Of a DNA stretch of 64,000 nt, positions 22,257 to 33,300 are shown one piece after another. Origin of the DNA: Terriglobia bacterium (GTDB taxonomy: Bacteria > Acidobacteriota > Polarisedimenticolia > Polarisedimenticolales > JAIQFR01); contig CAVVHE010000004.1 of the NCBI GenBank assembly GCA_963748015.1, positions 1,888,001 to 1,952,000 on the forward strand, in the 5' to 3' direction. The notes under the pieces were generated by a model. The model was given only the letters and a program-made list of their open reading frames with translations, made no database searches and was not told the origin of the DNA. Every line of letters starts with the position of its first letter. Position 1 is the first letter of the stretch. The position numbers and the translations under genes are program-made.

Positions 22257-24019
22257 CCAAGGTGATCGTAGGACTCGGGACGTGCGGTATCGCCGCCGGC
22301 GCCGAGGACACGCTTCGCGCGCTCAGGGGCGCGCTCGGCGACGGAGCCGCCGGACTCGAGGTCGCGAGGACCGGCTGCATCGGCATGTGCTACCAGGAGC
22401 CGCTGGTCGAGATCCGCGACGACGCCGGCCGCCGCCACCTCTACGGGCACGTTTCCCCCGACCGGGTGGGACGGATCGTCTCCGAGCATCTCGGCGAGGG
22501 AAAACCGGTCGAGGAGTGGCTGGTCTGGAGCGACGACGGCGAGGGCAGCGAGGCGGACTTTCTCGGGAAGCAGGTCCGCATCGCGCTGCGCAACTGCGGG
22601 AACATCAACCCCGAGGAGATCGACGATTACGTCGCGACGGGCGGGTACCAGGCGCTGCGCAGCGTCCTCGACGGGAACGATCCGGACGGCCTGATCACGC
22701 GGATGGTCGAGTCCGGCCTCCGCGGGCGCGGCGGCGCGGGGTTCCTGACCGGGCTCAAGTGGCGGTTCACCCGCCTCGCGAAGGGCGAGCGGAAATTCGT
22801 GATCTGCAACGCGGACGAGGGAGACCCCGGCGCGTTCATGGACCGGTCGGTCCTCGAGGGGGACCCGCACTCGGTCCTCGAGGGAATGGCGATCGCTGCG
22901 TTCGCGATCGGCGCGGGGGACGCCTACATCTACGCCCGCGCGGAGTACCCGCTCGCGATCCACCGGCTCAACATCGCGATCGCGCAGGCGGAGCAGCGCG
23001 GGTACCTCGGCGACGGCATCTTCGGCACCGGCTTCTCCCTGCACGTCAAGCTGAAGGAGGGTGCGGGCGCCTTCGTTTGCGGCGAGGAGACGGCGCTGAT
23101 CGCCTCGGTCGAGGGGCGCCGCGGGATGCCGCGCGTCCGGCCGCCGTTCCCCGCGGTGAAGGGTCTGTGGGACTGCCCGACCAACATCAACAACGTCGAG
23201 ACGTTCGCCAACGTGCCGTGGATCGTCGAGCGCGGCCCCCAGGCGTTCGCCTCGCTCGGCACCGCCAACAGCAAGGGAACGAAGGTCTTCGCGATGGCGG
23301 GGAAGATCCGGCGGGGCGGTCTCGTCGAGGTCCCGATGGGGATCTCGATCAAGGACATCGTGTTCGGCGTGTGCGGCGGGATCAAGGAGGGCCGGAAGTT
23401 CAAGGCGGTGCAGATGGGCGGCCCCTCCGGCGGCTGCATCCCGGCCGAGCTGCAGGACACGGTGATCGACTACGAGTCGATCAACAAGACCGGCGCGATC
23501 ATGGGGTCCGGCGGCCTCGTCGTCATGGACGACCGTACCTGCATGGTGGAGGTCGCCCGGTTCTTCCTCGACTTCACGCAGCGCGAGAGCTGCGGCAAGT
23601 GCACCTTCTGCCGGATCGGCTCCAAGCGGATGCTGGAGGTCCTGACCCGCATCACCGAGGGCGAGGGGAAGGACGGGGACATCGAGCTGCTGGAGGACCT
23701 CGCGCACCGGGTGAAGAACACCTCGCTGTGCGGCCTCGGCCAGACGGCCCCGAACCCGGTCCTGACCACCCTCAAGTACTTCCGGTCGGAGTACGAGGCC
23801 CACATCAGCAACCGGAAGTGCCCCGCGCACCACTGCGCGAAGCTGTTGACCTACAGCATCGCCGACGACTGCACCGGCTGCACGCTGTGCGTGAAGGCCT
23901 GCCCCACCGGGGCGATTCGCGGCGAGAAGCTCCAGAAGCACGTGATCAACGGGGCCGATTGCATCGCCTGCGCCGCGTGTTTCAAGGTATGCCGCGCCGG
24001 CGCCATCCTCAGGGACTGA
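22253..24019 (+). CDS. NuoF/HydB-like FMN/NADH subunit (StnB/BfuB-like)
   Basis: N-terminal thioredoxin-like 2Fe-2S, GLRGRGGAGF, NADEGDPGAFMDR, ESCGKCTFCR, H..CPAHHC site, C-terminal 2x[4Fe-4S]. Confidence 0.93.
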   Translation: MTKVIVGLGTCGIAAGAEDTLRALRGALGDGAAGLEVARTGCIGMCYQEPLVEIRDDAGRRHLYGHVSPDRVGRIVSEHLGEGKPVEEWLVWSDDGEGSEADFLGKQVRIALRNCGNINPEEIDDYVATGGYQALRSVLDGNDPDGLITRMVESGLRGRGGAGFLTGLKWRFTRLAKGERKFVICNADEGDPGAFMDRSVLEGDPHSVLEGMAIAAFAIGAGDAYIYARAEYPLAIHRLNIAIAQAEQRGYLGDGIFGTGFSLHVKLKEGAGAFVCGEETALIASVEGRRGMPRVRPPFPAVKGLWDCPTNINNVETFANVPWIVERGPQAFASLGTANSKGTKVFAMAGKIRRGGLVEVPMGISIKDIVFGVCGGIKEGRKFKAVQMGGPSGGCIPAELQDTVIDYESINKTGAIMGSGGLVVMDDRTCMVEVARFFLDFTQRESCGKCTFCRIGSKRMLEVLTRITEGEGKDGDIELLEDLAHRVKNTSLCGLGQTAPNPVLTTLKYFRSEYEAHISNRKCPAHHCAKLLTYSIADDCTGCTLCVKACPTGAIRGEKLQKHVINGADCIACAACFKVCRAGAILRD

Positions 24020-24047
24020 GCGCGTCGGGAAGGACGGAGATCACTTC

Positions 24048-27000
24048 ATGGCCCTCGTCAAGCTAGAGATCGACGGAAAGCGGATCATCGCGGACGGCAG
24101 CCGGACCATCCTCGAGGTGGCCCGGGAGAACGGCATCGCGTCGATCCCGACGCTTTGCCACGACAACCAGCTCGAGCCGTTCGCGTCGTGCTTCCTCTGC
24201 GTGGTGAAGGTGAAGGGCGCCCGGTCGCTCGCTCCCGCCTGCTCGACCAAGGTCGGCCCCGGCATGGTCGTCGAGACGTACAACGACGAGATCCGGCGGT
24301 CGCGGAAGGCGGCACTCGAGCTGCTCCTCTCGAACCACTACGCCGACTGCGTGGGCCCCTGCCAGCTCGCCTGCCCCGCGGAGGTGGACATCCAGGGGTA
24401 CATCGCGCTGGCGGCCCTGGGGAAGTACAAGGACGCCGTCGCGCTGATCAAGGAGACCAATCCCCTCCCTTCGGTCTGCGGGCGCGTTTGCACCCGGCCC
24501 TGCGAGGTGAAGGGGTGCCGCCGCAACCTGCTCGACGAGGCGGTCGGGATCGACTGGATCAAGCGGTACGTGACCGACCTCGACCTCGGAAGCGGCGACG
24601 CGTGGCGGCCGGAGCTCGCCCCCCCGAAGGGGAAGTCGGTCGCGATCGTGGGCGCCGGGCCGGCGGGGCTGTCGTGCGCGTACTACCTCGCGGTCCGGGG
24701 ATACCAGGTGGACATGCTCGAGGCGCTCCCGGAGGCCGGGGGCATGCTCCGCTACGGCATCCCGGAGTACCGCCTCCCGAAGGACGTCCTCGACCTCGAG
24801 ATCAACCAGATCCTGAGCCTCGGGGTCCGTCTCAAGACGAACACTTTCCTGGGCCGTGACTTCACCATCTCGAGCCTCAAGAGGGACGGCTACCGGGCGA
24901 TCTACCTCGGCCTGGGCGCGTGGAAGAGCTCCGAGATGCGGGTCAAGGGGGAGGAATCCCTGGGGGTCCTTTCCGGGATCGAGTTCCTCAAGAATTTCGG
25001 CCTGAGGCGCAAGATCGACATCTGGGGGCGCGTGCTCGTGATCGGCGGCGGCAACACCGCGATCGACTGCGCCCGCACCGCCCTGCGGCTCGGCGTCAAG
25101 GAGGTCCGCCTCCTCTACCGGCGCACCCGCAACGAGATGCCGGCCAACGCCGCCGAGATCCACGACGCCGAGCAGGAAGGCGTCGCGATGGACTTCCTGG
25201 TGGCGCCGGTCCGCGTGATCACCGCCGAGGGGCGGGTCACGGGAATCGAGTGCCTAAGGATGGAGCTCGGCGAGCCGGACGCCAGCGGGCGCCGGAGCCC
25301 CAAGCCGATCCGCGGCTCCGAGTTCGTCGTGGACTGCGACTTCATCCTGTCGGCCATCGGCCAGGCCACGCGGGTGCCCGAGCTCGTGGACGGGCGCGTC
25401 CCCGACTTCCTCCCGTTCGGCGAGGTCTTGAACCTCACGCGATGGCAGACGATCCAGACGAACGACGCCACGGGCGAGACGAGCGTCGAGGGGGTGTTCG
25501 CGGGCGGCGACGTGGTCACCGGGGCTGCGACGGCGATCGAGGCGATCGCAGCGGGGCGGAAGGCCGCCCACGCCATCGACGCCTACCTGACGGGCGGCGA
25601 GGCGCGACCGGAGCCGAAGGAGTTCCTGAGCCGCAAGGACACCTTCGCGAAGATCTCCGTCGCCGATCTCAGGAACCCGACGGAGTCGAAGCGGCGGACG
25701 ATGCCCCTGCTGACCGTCGAGGACCGCGTCAAGACGTTCGCGGAGGTGGAGCAAGGCTACACCGCGGAGGACATCGAGAAGGAAACGCAGCGGTGCCTCG
25801 AGTGCGGCTGCACCGCGCTCTTCGATTGCGACCTGAGGCGCCACGCGACCGACTACGGCGTGGACATCTCCCGGTTCCTCGGCGAGGCGAAGCAGTACAA
25901 GGTGGACACGACCCACCCCCTGATCGAGCTCGACCAGAACAAGTGCATCCTCTGCGGGCGCTGCGTCAGGATCTGCTCGGAGGTGGTCGGCGTCGCGGCG
26001 TACGGCTATCTCCAGCGGGGATTCAACACGGTGGTCCAGCCCGCGATGGGCGGCTCCCTCCTCGACTCCGGCTGCGTCACGTGCGGCCTGTGCATCGGGA
26101 CCTGCCCGACCGGCGCGATCGCCCAGAAGATCCCGCTCACGAAGCCGGGGCCCTGGCGGACGCGGTCGGTTCCCTCGATCTGCTCGTACTGCGGCGTCGG
26201 CTGCCGGATCGCCTTCGACACGTTCGGCGACACCTCGGTCAAGGTCTCGCGGTGCGAGGACAACCCGGTCACCTTCGGCAACCACTGCAAGAAGGGGCGC
26301 TTCGGGTACGACGTCGTCCACGCCGACGACCGGCTGCGCAAGGCGATGGTCCGGGCGGGACGCGTGCTGCAGGACGCCCCCCTCGACGACGCGATCTCCT
26401 ACGCGGCGATGCGGCTCAAGGAGCTGTCGCGGCGGTACGTGGGCTCCCAGATGGCGGTGTTCGTGTCGCCGCGGTTCACCAACGAGGAGGTTTACCTCGC
26501 GCAGAAGCTCGCGCGGGTCGCGCTCCGGACCCACGACATCGGGTCCCTCGCCCACCTCGTCAACCGCGACCTCCAGTGCCCCGAGGTCGTGTCCACGGCG
26601 ACGTACCGCGACGTCGCGGACGCCCAGCTGATCCTCCTCGCGGGGTCGCGGCTCGACCAGGAGCACTTCGTCGCCGACCTGATCGTGAAGCGCGCCCTGC
26701 GGAACGGCGGGAAACTCGTCTACGTCCATCCCGAGCCGAACGCGGTATCGCGCCTCGCGGACGTCTTCATCCGGTGCCGGCCCGGCACCGAGGCGCTCGT
26801 CGTCCTGGACATCGTCCGGGAGGCTCTCGCCGCGGGCGGCGAGAAGCTCCCCGATCGCGCCTGGCTCAAGGAGGCGATCGCGGGCCTCGAGGGCAACGGC
26901 CTCCGCGAGAAGACCGGCGCGGATCCCGCGCTCGTGCGGGAGGCGGCGCGCCTGCTCGGCCGGAGCCTCATCAAGGTTCTCGTCTTCAACAAGGACTACC

Positions 27001-27815
27001 GCGGAGCGCGGACGGCCCGGGACGCCCGGGTGTACGCCGCGTCGGCGGGGATCCTGGGAGCTTCGCTCCTCGTGCTCCGCGAGAAGGCGAACATGCAGGG
27101 GCTGCTCGACATGGGCGCCTTCCCCGACTGGTTCCCGGGATACCGGTCGGTGCGCGACGAGAGCGTCGTGGACGACCTCGAGAAGGAGTGGTGCGTCGCG
27201 CTCAGGGACCTCGAGACGGCACCGTCCGATCTGGCCGCCCGGCTCCGCGAGAAGAAGATCAAGGTCGCCATCGTCTTCGGCGAGGACCCGCTCGGCGACC
27301 CCGACTTCCCCGAGGACCTCAAGGCGGGCCTGCTCGCGACCGACTTCCTCGTGGTCGGCGACGTCGTCCTCACCGACACGGCGCGGGCGGCGCACGTCGT
27401 GCTGCCGCTCGGCACGTCGGCGGAGACCTCCGGGACGTACACGAACTCCGAGCGCCGCATCCAGAAGATCGAGCGGGCGGTTCCGCCCGCCGCCGGACTC
27501 GAGACCTGGCAGGTCATCGTCCAGCTCGCCTCGAAGATGGGGTACCGCTTCAAGATGAAGTACGCGGGGGTCGCCGACATCATGGAGGAGATCCGGAAGG
27601 TCGTGCCGATCTACCGGAGCCTCTCGACGGAGGACGGCGACACGGGATCGGTGTGGGACCTCTCCGGGTTCCCGCTGCAGCGCGTCGAGCCCGACCCGCG
27701 CGACCTCCTCGTGGACGTCGCCCCGGCCCCCACGCTGCACCTCGACCGCATGGAGGCCCGCTTCGACGCCTGGTTCGACAAGGTGATGGCGGACGCGCGC
27801 GCCGTGCCGCGGTAG
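24048..27815 (+). CDS. NuoG-N / GltD-like FAD-NADPH / Fdh-like fusion subunit (StnC/Nfn-Bfu A-like)
   Basis: 2Fe-2S N-domain, GRVCTRPCE, VGAGPAG, IGGGNTAID..YRR (NADPH type), CILCGRC, CSYCGVGC; molybdopterin-oxidoreductase-like C-half without an obvious Mo ligand. Confidence 0.85.
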   Translation: MALVKLEIDGKRIIADGSRTILEVARENGIASIPTLCHDNQLEPFASCFLCVVKVKGARSLAPACSTKVGPGMVVETYNDEIRRSRKAALELLLSNHYADCVGPCQLACPAEVDIQGYIALAALGKYKDAVALIKETNPLPSVCGRVCTRPCEVKGCRRNLLDEAVGIDWIKRYVTDLDLGSGDAWRPELAPPKGKSVAIVGAGPAGLSCAYYLAVRGYQVDMLEALPEAGGMLRYGIPEYRLPKDVLDLEINQILSLGVRLKTNTFLGRDFTISSLKRDGYRAIYLGLGAWKSSEMRVKGEESLGVLSGIEFLKNFGLRRKIDIWGRVLVIGGGNTAIDCARTALRLGVKEVRLLYRRTRNEMPANAAEIHDAEQEGVAMDFLVAPVRVITAEGRVTGIECLRMELGEPDASGRRSPKPIRGSEFVVDCDFILSAIGQATRVPELVDGRVPDFLPFGEVLNLTRWQTIQTNDATGETSVEGVFAGGDVVTGAATAIEAIAAGRKAAHAIDAYLTGGEARPEPKEFLSRKDTFAKISVADLRNPTESKRRTMPLLTVEDRVKTFAEVEQGYTAEDIEKETQRCLECGCTALFDCDLRRHATDYGVDISRFLGEAKQYKVDTTHPLIELDQNKCILCGRCVRICSEVVGVAAYGYLQRGFNTVVQPAMGGSLLDSGCVTCGLCIGTCPTGAIAQKIPLTKPGPWRTRSVPSICSYCGVGCRIAFDTFGDTSVKVSRCEDNPVTFGNHCKKGRFGYDVVHADDRLRKAMVRAGRVLQDAPLDDAISYAAMRLKELSRRYVGSQMAVFVSPRFTNEEVYLAQKLARVALRTHDIGSLAHLVNRDLQCPEVVSTATYRDVADAQLILLAGSRLDQEHFVADLIVKRALRNGGKLVYVHPEPNAVSRLADVFIRCRPGTEALVVLDIVREALAAGGEKLPDRAWLKEAIAGLEGNGLREKTGADPALVREAARLLGRSLIKVLVFNKDYRGARTARDARVYAASAGILGASLLVLREKANMQGLLDMGAFPDWFPGYRSVRDESVVDDLEKEWCVALRDLETAPSDLAARLREKKIKVAIVFGEDPLGDPDFPEDLKAGLLATDFLVVGDVVLTDTARAAHVVLPLGTSAETSGTYTNSERRIQKIERAVPPAAGLETWQVIVQLASKMGYRFKMKYAGVADIMEEIRKVVPIYRSLSTEDGDTGSVWDLSGFPLQRVEPDPRDLLVDVAPAPTLHLDRMEARFDAWFDKVMADARAVPR

Positions 27816-27880
27816 ACACCGCGCAGCGAGGACGAGCGGCGGACGCGTCGAGCGTTCCGCGAAGAGACGGCTCGCGCGGG

Positions 27881-28043
27881 GGCGAAGTGCGGACCGGGAT
27901 TCGAGTCCCCGCGGCACGCTTCGGCGTTGCGCGGCGTGCATCGCCGCGCCGCCTCGCTCCGGTTTTCGCGCGGCCGTCCGTGGAAGAGACGGCCGCGCGA
28001 AAACAGGGCCGCGGTGGACTCGAATCCCGGCCCGCACTTCGCC
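27881..28043. repeat. Nested palindromic intergenic element
   Basis: ~35-bp outer inverted repeat (GGCGAAGTGCGG..GGGATTCGAGTCC / GGACTCGAATCCC..CCGCACTTCGCC) and perfect 17-bp inner arms GTTTTCGCGCGGCCGTC / GACGGCCGCGCGAAAAC. Confidence 0.75.
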
Positions 28044-28137
28044 GTGGTCCCACGAGCCTCTCCGCTCGTTACGGGCGCCGAGTCACGGAGCGCGGTAACA
28101 TCGGCGGGACCGATCGGTTCGCAGGGAGGGTTCGGGC

Positions 28138-29928
28138 GTGTGCGGGATCTTCGGAATCGTTTGTCGTGACGATCGCGCTCTTGGCGACCTGCTGACCGAC
28201 GCCGGGCGGCGGCTGTCCTATCGCGGCTACGACTCGGTCGGGTGCGCGACGCTGCGCGGCGACGGCTCGATCGACCTCCGCAAGGACGTCGGGAAGGTCG
28301 ACCAGGTCGCGGAGCGGCTCCGGTTCGGCGAGATGGCGGGCCGGCTGGGAATGATCCAGCTCCGGTGGGCCACCTTCGGCACTCCTTCCCAGGTCAACGC
28401 CCAGCCCCACCTCGACTCCGACGGAGATCTCGTCGGGGCGCACAACGGCAACGTGGTCAACAACGAGGAGCTTCGCCGGCAGTTCGCGGCGGAAGGCATC
28501 ACCGTCCGCTCGAGCAACGACGGCGAGTCCTGCGTGCACGCCGTGGAGCGGTACGTGGATCGCGGCATGGACATGGTCTCCGCGATCCGGCGCGCCTACG
28601 GCGACCTCGAGGGGGACTATGCCTTCGTGATCGCGCGCCGGGGGGACGACCGCCTCTACGCGATCAAGAAGGGATCGGGGTTGGTGGTGGGCCTCACGGA
28701 AGACGGGACGTGCGTGTCGTCCGACCTCCCCTCGATCCTCCCCCTGACCCGCCGCATCGTGAGGGTGCAGGACGGCGAGATCGCGATCCTCGAGGCCGGC
28801 GGCGTCGAGCTGCGGCGGGTCGAGGACGGGAGCGTCGTGGAGCGCGAACCGGAAGAGGTTCGCGAGAGCATGGACGCCGCGCAGAAGGGGGGCTACGCCC
28901 ACTTCATGCTCAAGGAGATACACGAGCAGCCCGAGGCGGCGGCGGAGATCCTGCACCTGCTCGACGCGTCGCCGCACGTGAAGACGATGGTCGAGCACAT
29001 GAGGACCGCGCGCCATCTCTACCTCGTCGGCTGCGGCACCAGCTACCACGCCACCATGCTCGGCGCCGTGTACATGGCGCGCCTGGCCAGGAGGCCCGCG
29101 ATCGCGGTCCTCGCGCCGCAGTTCGTCGCGCACTACGGCCCCGCCCTCGGCCCCGGGGACGTGGGGCTCTTCGTGAGCCAGAGCGGCGAGACGAAGGACG
29201 TGCTCGACGCCGTCGAGGTCGCGCGCGGCCACGGCGTGACGATCCTCGGCCTCGTGAACGTGATCGGCTCCACCCTCATGAGGGAGAGCGAGCACTACCT
29301 CCCCATGGCGTGCGGCTACGAGATCAGCGTGCCCGCGACGAAGACCTTCACGAACCAGGCGGTGGCGTTCCTGCACTTGGCGCTCAGGATGGGCGGCCAT
29401 CCGACGGACCTCCTGGGCCACCTGCCCGGCCTGCTCGAGGAGACCCTCCGGTCGGTGGAGCCCCAGGTGGACGCCATCGTTCCTGCCCTGCGCGGCCACG
29501 ACGACATGTACGCCCTCGGCTTCGGCCTCACCTACCCGATCGCCCTCGAAGGGGCGCTGAAGCTGAAGGAGATCACGTACGCCCACTGCGAGGGGATGCT
29601 CTCGACCGAGTTCAAGCACGGGCCGCTGTCCGCGGTCACCGAAGGGTACCCGGTCGTGTTCGTGAGCGGCCCCGAGGACGTGCCGATGCTGGTGAGCGGG
29701 ATCAACGAAACGACCTGCCGCGGCGGCCGGGCGATCGCGGTCGCCGAGGAGGACCCGCGCCTCAGGATCAACGCCCACGACCTGATCGTTCTCCCCCACG
29801 CCGGGGCGCTGCTCAACCCGCTGCTCGCCACCTTGCCGCTCCAGCTCCTGGCCTACCGTCTCAGCATCGAGCGCGGAAACGACCCGGACTTCCCGCGGAA
29901 CCTGAGCAAGACGCTGACGGTGGACTGA
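28138..29928 (+). CDS. glmS: Glutamine--fructose-6-phosphate aminotransferase (divergent)
   Basis: N-terminal MCGIFG, YRGYDS, HNG, SQSGET, EGALKLKEITY, KHGP, PRNLSKTLTV. Confidence 0.92.
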   Translation: MCGIFGIVCRDDRALGDLLTDAGRRLSYRGYDSVGCATLRGDGSIDLRKDVGKVDQVAERLRFGEMAGRLGMIQLRWATFGTPSQVNAQPHLDSDGDLVGAHNGNVVNNEELRRQFAAEGITVRSSNDGESCVHAVERYVDRGMDMVSAIRRAYGDLEGDYAFVIARRGDDRLYAIKKGSGLVVGLTEDGTCVSSDLPSILPLTRRIVRVQDGEIAILEAGGVELRRVEDGSVVEREPEEVRESMDAAQKGGYAHFMLKEIHEQPEAAAEILHLLDASPHVKTMVEHMRTARHLYLVGCGTSYHATMLGAVYMARLARRPAIAVLAPQFVAHYGPALGPGDVGLFVSQSGETKDVLDAVEVARGHGVTILGLVNVIGSTLMRESEHYLPMACGYEISVPATKTFTNQAVAFLHLALRMGGHPTDLLGHLPGLLEETLRSVEPQVDAIVPALRGHDDMYALGFGLTYPIALEGALKLKEITYAHCEGMLSTEFKHGPLSAVTEGYPVVFVSGPEDVPMLVSGINETTCRGGRAIAVAEEDPRLRINAHDLIVLPHAGALLNPLLATLPLQLLAYRLSIERGNDPDFPRNLSKTLTVD

Positions 29929-29943
29929 CGAGGGAACCCGCCG

Positions 29944-30300
29944 ATGAGCACATCCCTGCGAGACGCTTCGGTCCTCGTCCTGGTGACGCGGGACGGGATG
30001 GGGCATGCCGAGCAACCGCTCCGCCACAAGCTGATCCGGAACTACCTCGGCCTTCTCGAAGGCAACGGCATGCTGCCCGGCGCCATCGCGTTCTACGGGG
30101 AGGGAGTCCGCCTGGTGGTCGAAGGATCGCCGGCGCTCGACCACCTCGCATCGCTGGAGGCGAAGGGCGTCCACCTCGTCGTCTGCAAGACCTGCCTCGA
30201 CGAGTACGGGCTCGTGGAAAAACTCCGCGTGGGGGTGATCGGCGGAATGAGCGACATCCTCGCCGCGCAGTGGAAGGCGACGAAGGTCATCACCGTCTGA
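29944..30300 (+). CDS. DsrE/YedF-like sulfurtransferase-family protein
   Basis: DGMG..KLI, FYGEGVRL, CKTCLDEY, IGGMSDI. Confidence 0.8.
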   Translation: MSTSLRDASVLVLVTRDGMGHAEQPLRHKLIRNYLGLLEGNGMLPGAIAFYGEGVRLVVEGSPALDHLASLEAKGVHLVVCKTCLDEYGLVEKLRVGVIGGMSDILAAQWKATKVITV

Positions 30301-30318
30301 GGCGCCGGAGCGACCGGG

Positions 30319-33300
30319 TCAGTAGCCCAGCCTGAGCCCCAGCTCGACCGTCCTCGGGGGACCTGCGAGGCCGATCACGGCCCCGAACTCCGGCGAGATC
30401 GCGCGACCGTCGATCAGTCCGCCGTTCACCCGGTCGAGCAGGTTGAAGACCTGCAGGAACATCTCGCCCTTGCCGCGCTCGCCGCGCAGGGCGAACGGCT
30501 TCGAGACCTTGAGATCCACCTGGAAGTAAGACGGGGCGTGGATCGCCCCGATCGTGGTCAGCGGCTCCTGGCCGCGGAGCTGCCGCAGCTCGTTCTCGCG
30601 GGCCCGCAACTCGTTGACCGTGTCCACCGGGGTGCCGTCGCCGGTGTTCCGGCTCACCCCGTTCGGACGGTCCGTGGTGATCCCGTCGAGATTGTCGTCC
30701 TGGCCGGTGGTGACGTTGAACGGGGCCGACGAGCTGACCTGCACCATCCCCGACGCGCGAAGCCCGAGCCATGGAAGACCGTGCTCGCCCGAAAGGACGA
30801 AGCGGTGGCGCCGATCCGCGTCGGACCGCGCCCTCTCGCCGCTCAGGGAGTCGGAGTCGGGCGGGAGGTAGATGCCCCCCTTCAGCGGATCGGGCCCCAT
30901 GTCCTCGGAGCGCGACAGCGTGTAGGACGCCGCGTACCAGCCCGTCTCCCCCTGCCAGCGCCAGGTGAGGTCGAGCCCGGAGTACCAGCTGCGCCCGTCG
31001 GTCACGACCGCGGCGATCGAGCCGGTGGTCTCGTCGCGCTCGTGCTTCGGCTCGCACGAGTAGATGTAGCGAGGATCGGGACTCGTGGTCAGCCCGTCCA
31101 CGCAGAGGTACGCGGTCACGGGGTTCAGATCGCGCATCAGGGCCCGGTTGTACCCGAGCGCGCGGGTAGCCTCGACCTGAACGCTTCCATGACTCCCGAC
31201 CCTGCGCTCGGCCCCCAGCGACCACTGGACCGTGTAGGGGGTGTCTAGGCGGGTCCCGGTCGAGAACCTCATGATGAGCGCATCGGGAGCGAACGGGCTG
31301 TCGTCCATGGTGACCACCTGCTTGATGATCGGCCCGAGCACCGGGTCCTCCACCGTGGTCTCGGTGATCGGGAGGGTCGTCCCCTGGACCGGCACGAGGC
31401 GGATCTCGGTCCCCGACATGATGGACGCCACCGCCGGGTACGCGAGGACCAGCTTGTCGTAGAACACGCCGCCGCCGCCGCGAACGACCCACTGGCGGTC
31501 CGCCCCGAACGTGTAGGTGAACCCGAGCCGGGGCGCGATGTTGTTCCGGTCGGCGGTGGCCCCGCCGTTCGGGATCGTGGAATCCACGCGGGCGGAGCTG
31601 GGCAGCTCGAAGGTGCTCACGTCGTAGCGAAGGCCGTAGTCGATCAACAGCTTCGGAGAAACCTGCCAACCGTCCTGCGCGAAGACGGCCACCTGCGTGT
31701 CCCACAGCGTCGCCTGCGGCTCCCCCATGATGTAGCTGTAGAAGACGGGGAACGTTCCGACGTCCGCCGGCTCCCCCGTGGTCCCCGCGGGGCAAGGGAC
31801 GAACGGATAGGTCCCGTTCCTGATGGCGTCGCCGACCGCGGATGCGAAGCCGTACATCGGGAAGCCGTTCGGATCGCCGGGGTAGTAGCACATCCCGGGG
31901 TTGTACGGGGCATCCGTGGTGTACAGCAGGTTCCCGTTGGGATTGAATCGCGTTCCGATGGTCGTGCGCGTGCGGGTCAGGTCCAAGCCGAACTTCATCG
32001 TGTGGCCGCCGAGCCGCCGGGTCAGGTTGTCCACCAGGGAGAGCTTGTCCTCGTCCCGGAGCTGGCGATTGAGGCTATTGCCGCCGAAGGAGCCGAAGGG
32101 CCGGTCCACCCCCGGGCGGCTGGAGTCGGCGTGCTCGTCGAACGACGACGTCCCCACGAGGAGCCTGGCCTCGTTGATGAGATCGGCGGAGAGAACGGAG
32201 GTGAGGGACGAGGCGAGCTGCACGTCGTGCTCGTCGAGGCTGAAACCCGTCTCCGGGGTCGCCACGCCCCCGACGTTCAGCCCATCCGTCGTCCGCGCGT
32301 CGGCCGAGAGGCGGACCATCAGGAACTGCGAGGACGAGAGGTTGAAGTCGGTCCTGAGGAACAGGTTGTCGTCCTTCTGCGGCGCGAGGATGGTGCCGCC
32401 GGGGACCCCGTCGCGGTCGATGCCGACGAAGGGAACGACCCGGTCGTCGCGCGACCGCTCGTAGGCGGCGAAGTAGAACGCCTTGTCCTCGCGGATCGGC
32501 CCCCCCTGCTTGAAACCGATCCCGTAGCGGCTCCCCACGTCCGGCGTGTCGCTGACCGCGGCCAGCGGTTCGACGAACGCCCCCGCCGAGGTAAGGCGGG
32601 CCGGCGCGGCCTGGACGAAGAGCTCGCCCGTCTCGAGGTTGCTCCCCTGCTCCGTGACGATGTTGAAGATGGCCCCGCTCGCGCGGCCGAACTCCGCGGC
32701 GTACCGGCCGGTGTTGAGCACCAGCTCCTTCACCGCGAGCTGCGAGAACGACGCGTTCATCGACGTTCCGCTGATCCGATCGTTGTTGTCGAGGCCGTCC
32801 ACCAGGAACGAGTTCGACCGTCCCGACTGGCCGTTGACCACGAACACCGCGCCGCGCTCCCCGGTGAAGTCGGTCGCCGGGGCGGACTTGACCGACGCGT
32901 TCATCAGCGGGATGTCGGTGACGACACGCCCCGCGATCGGAAGATCGTTCGCCTGCGCCGCCCCGATCCGGAGCTCGGTGCCCGTCCGCTGCGAATCCAC
33001 GAGCGGCGCTTCCGCCCGCACCAGCACCTGCTCGGACAGCCCCTTGCCGAGCGTCAGGTCGACGGTCGCGGTCTCCTGGAGCCTCAGCGCGATCGTCCGC
33101 GAGTCGGTCGTCGAGCCGTCGGGAAGGCTCCCCGCGAGCGTCCAGAGGCCCGGCTGGAGCAGGTCCAGCCGGAAGTGCCCTAGGGCGTCCGTGATCGCCG
33201 TCCGCTCGACTCCCCTCGAAACCGAGCGGGCGCGCACGGTGGCGGCCGACGCAGGCCGGCCCGCGAGGTCGCGCACGGTCCCCTTGAGCGTCGCGGTCGT

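Noticed and set aside
24048..27815. Formate dehydrogenase (possibly selenocysteine-containing) or complex I NuoG
   Set aside because: No in-frame TGA, no recognisable Cys/Sec-His Mo-ligand motif or C-terminal dinucleotide-binding domain, and no membrane nuo genes; it has a GltD-like insert instead.
27890..27915. tRNA-like T-arm (GGGATTCGAGTCCC), with similar motifs near 42444 and 54677
   Set aside because: No cloverleaf, anticodon arm or acceptor stem; the motifs are parts of palindromic repeats.
28044..28137. glmS ribozyme upstream of glmS
   Set aside because: No recognisable glmS ribozyme core; the upstream region is occupied by a palindromic repeat.
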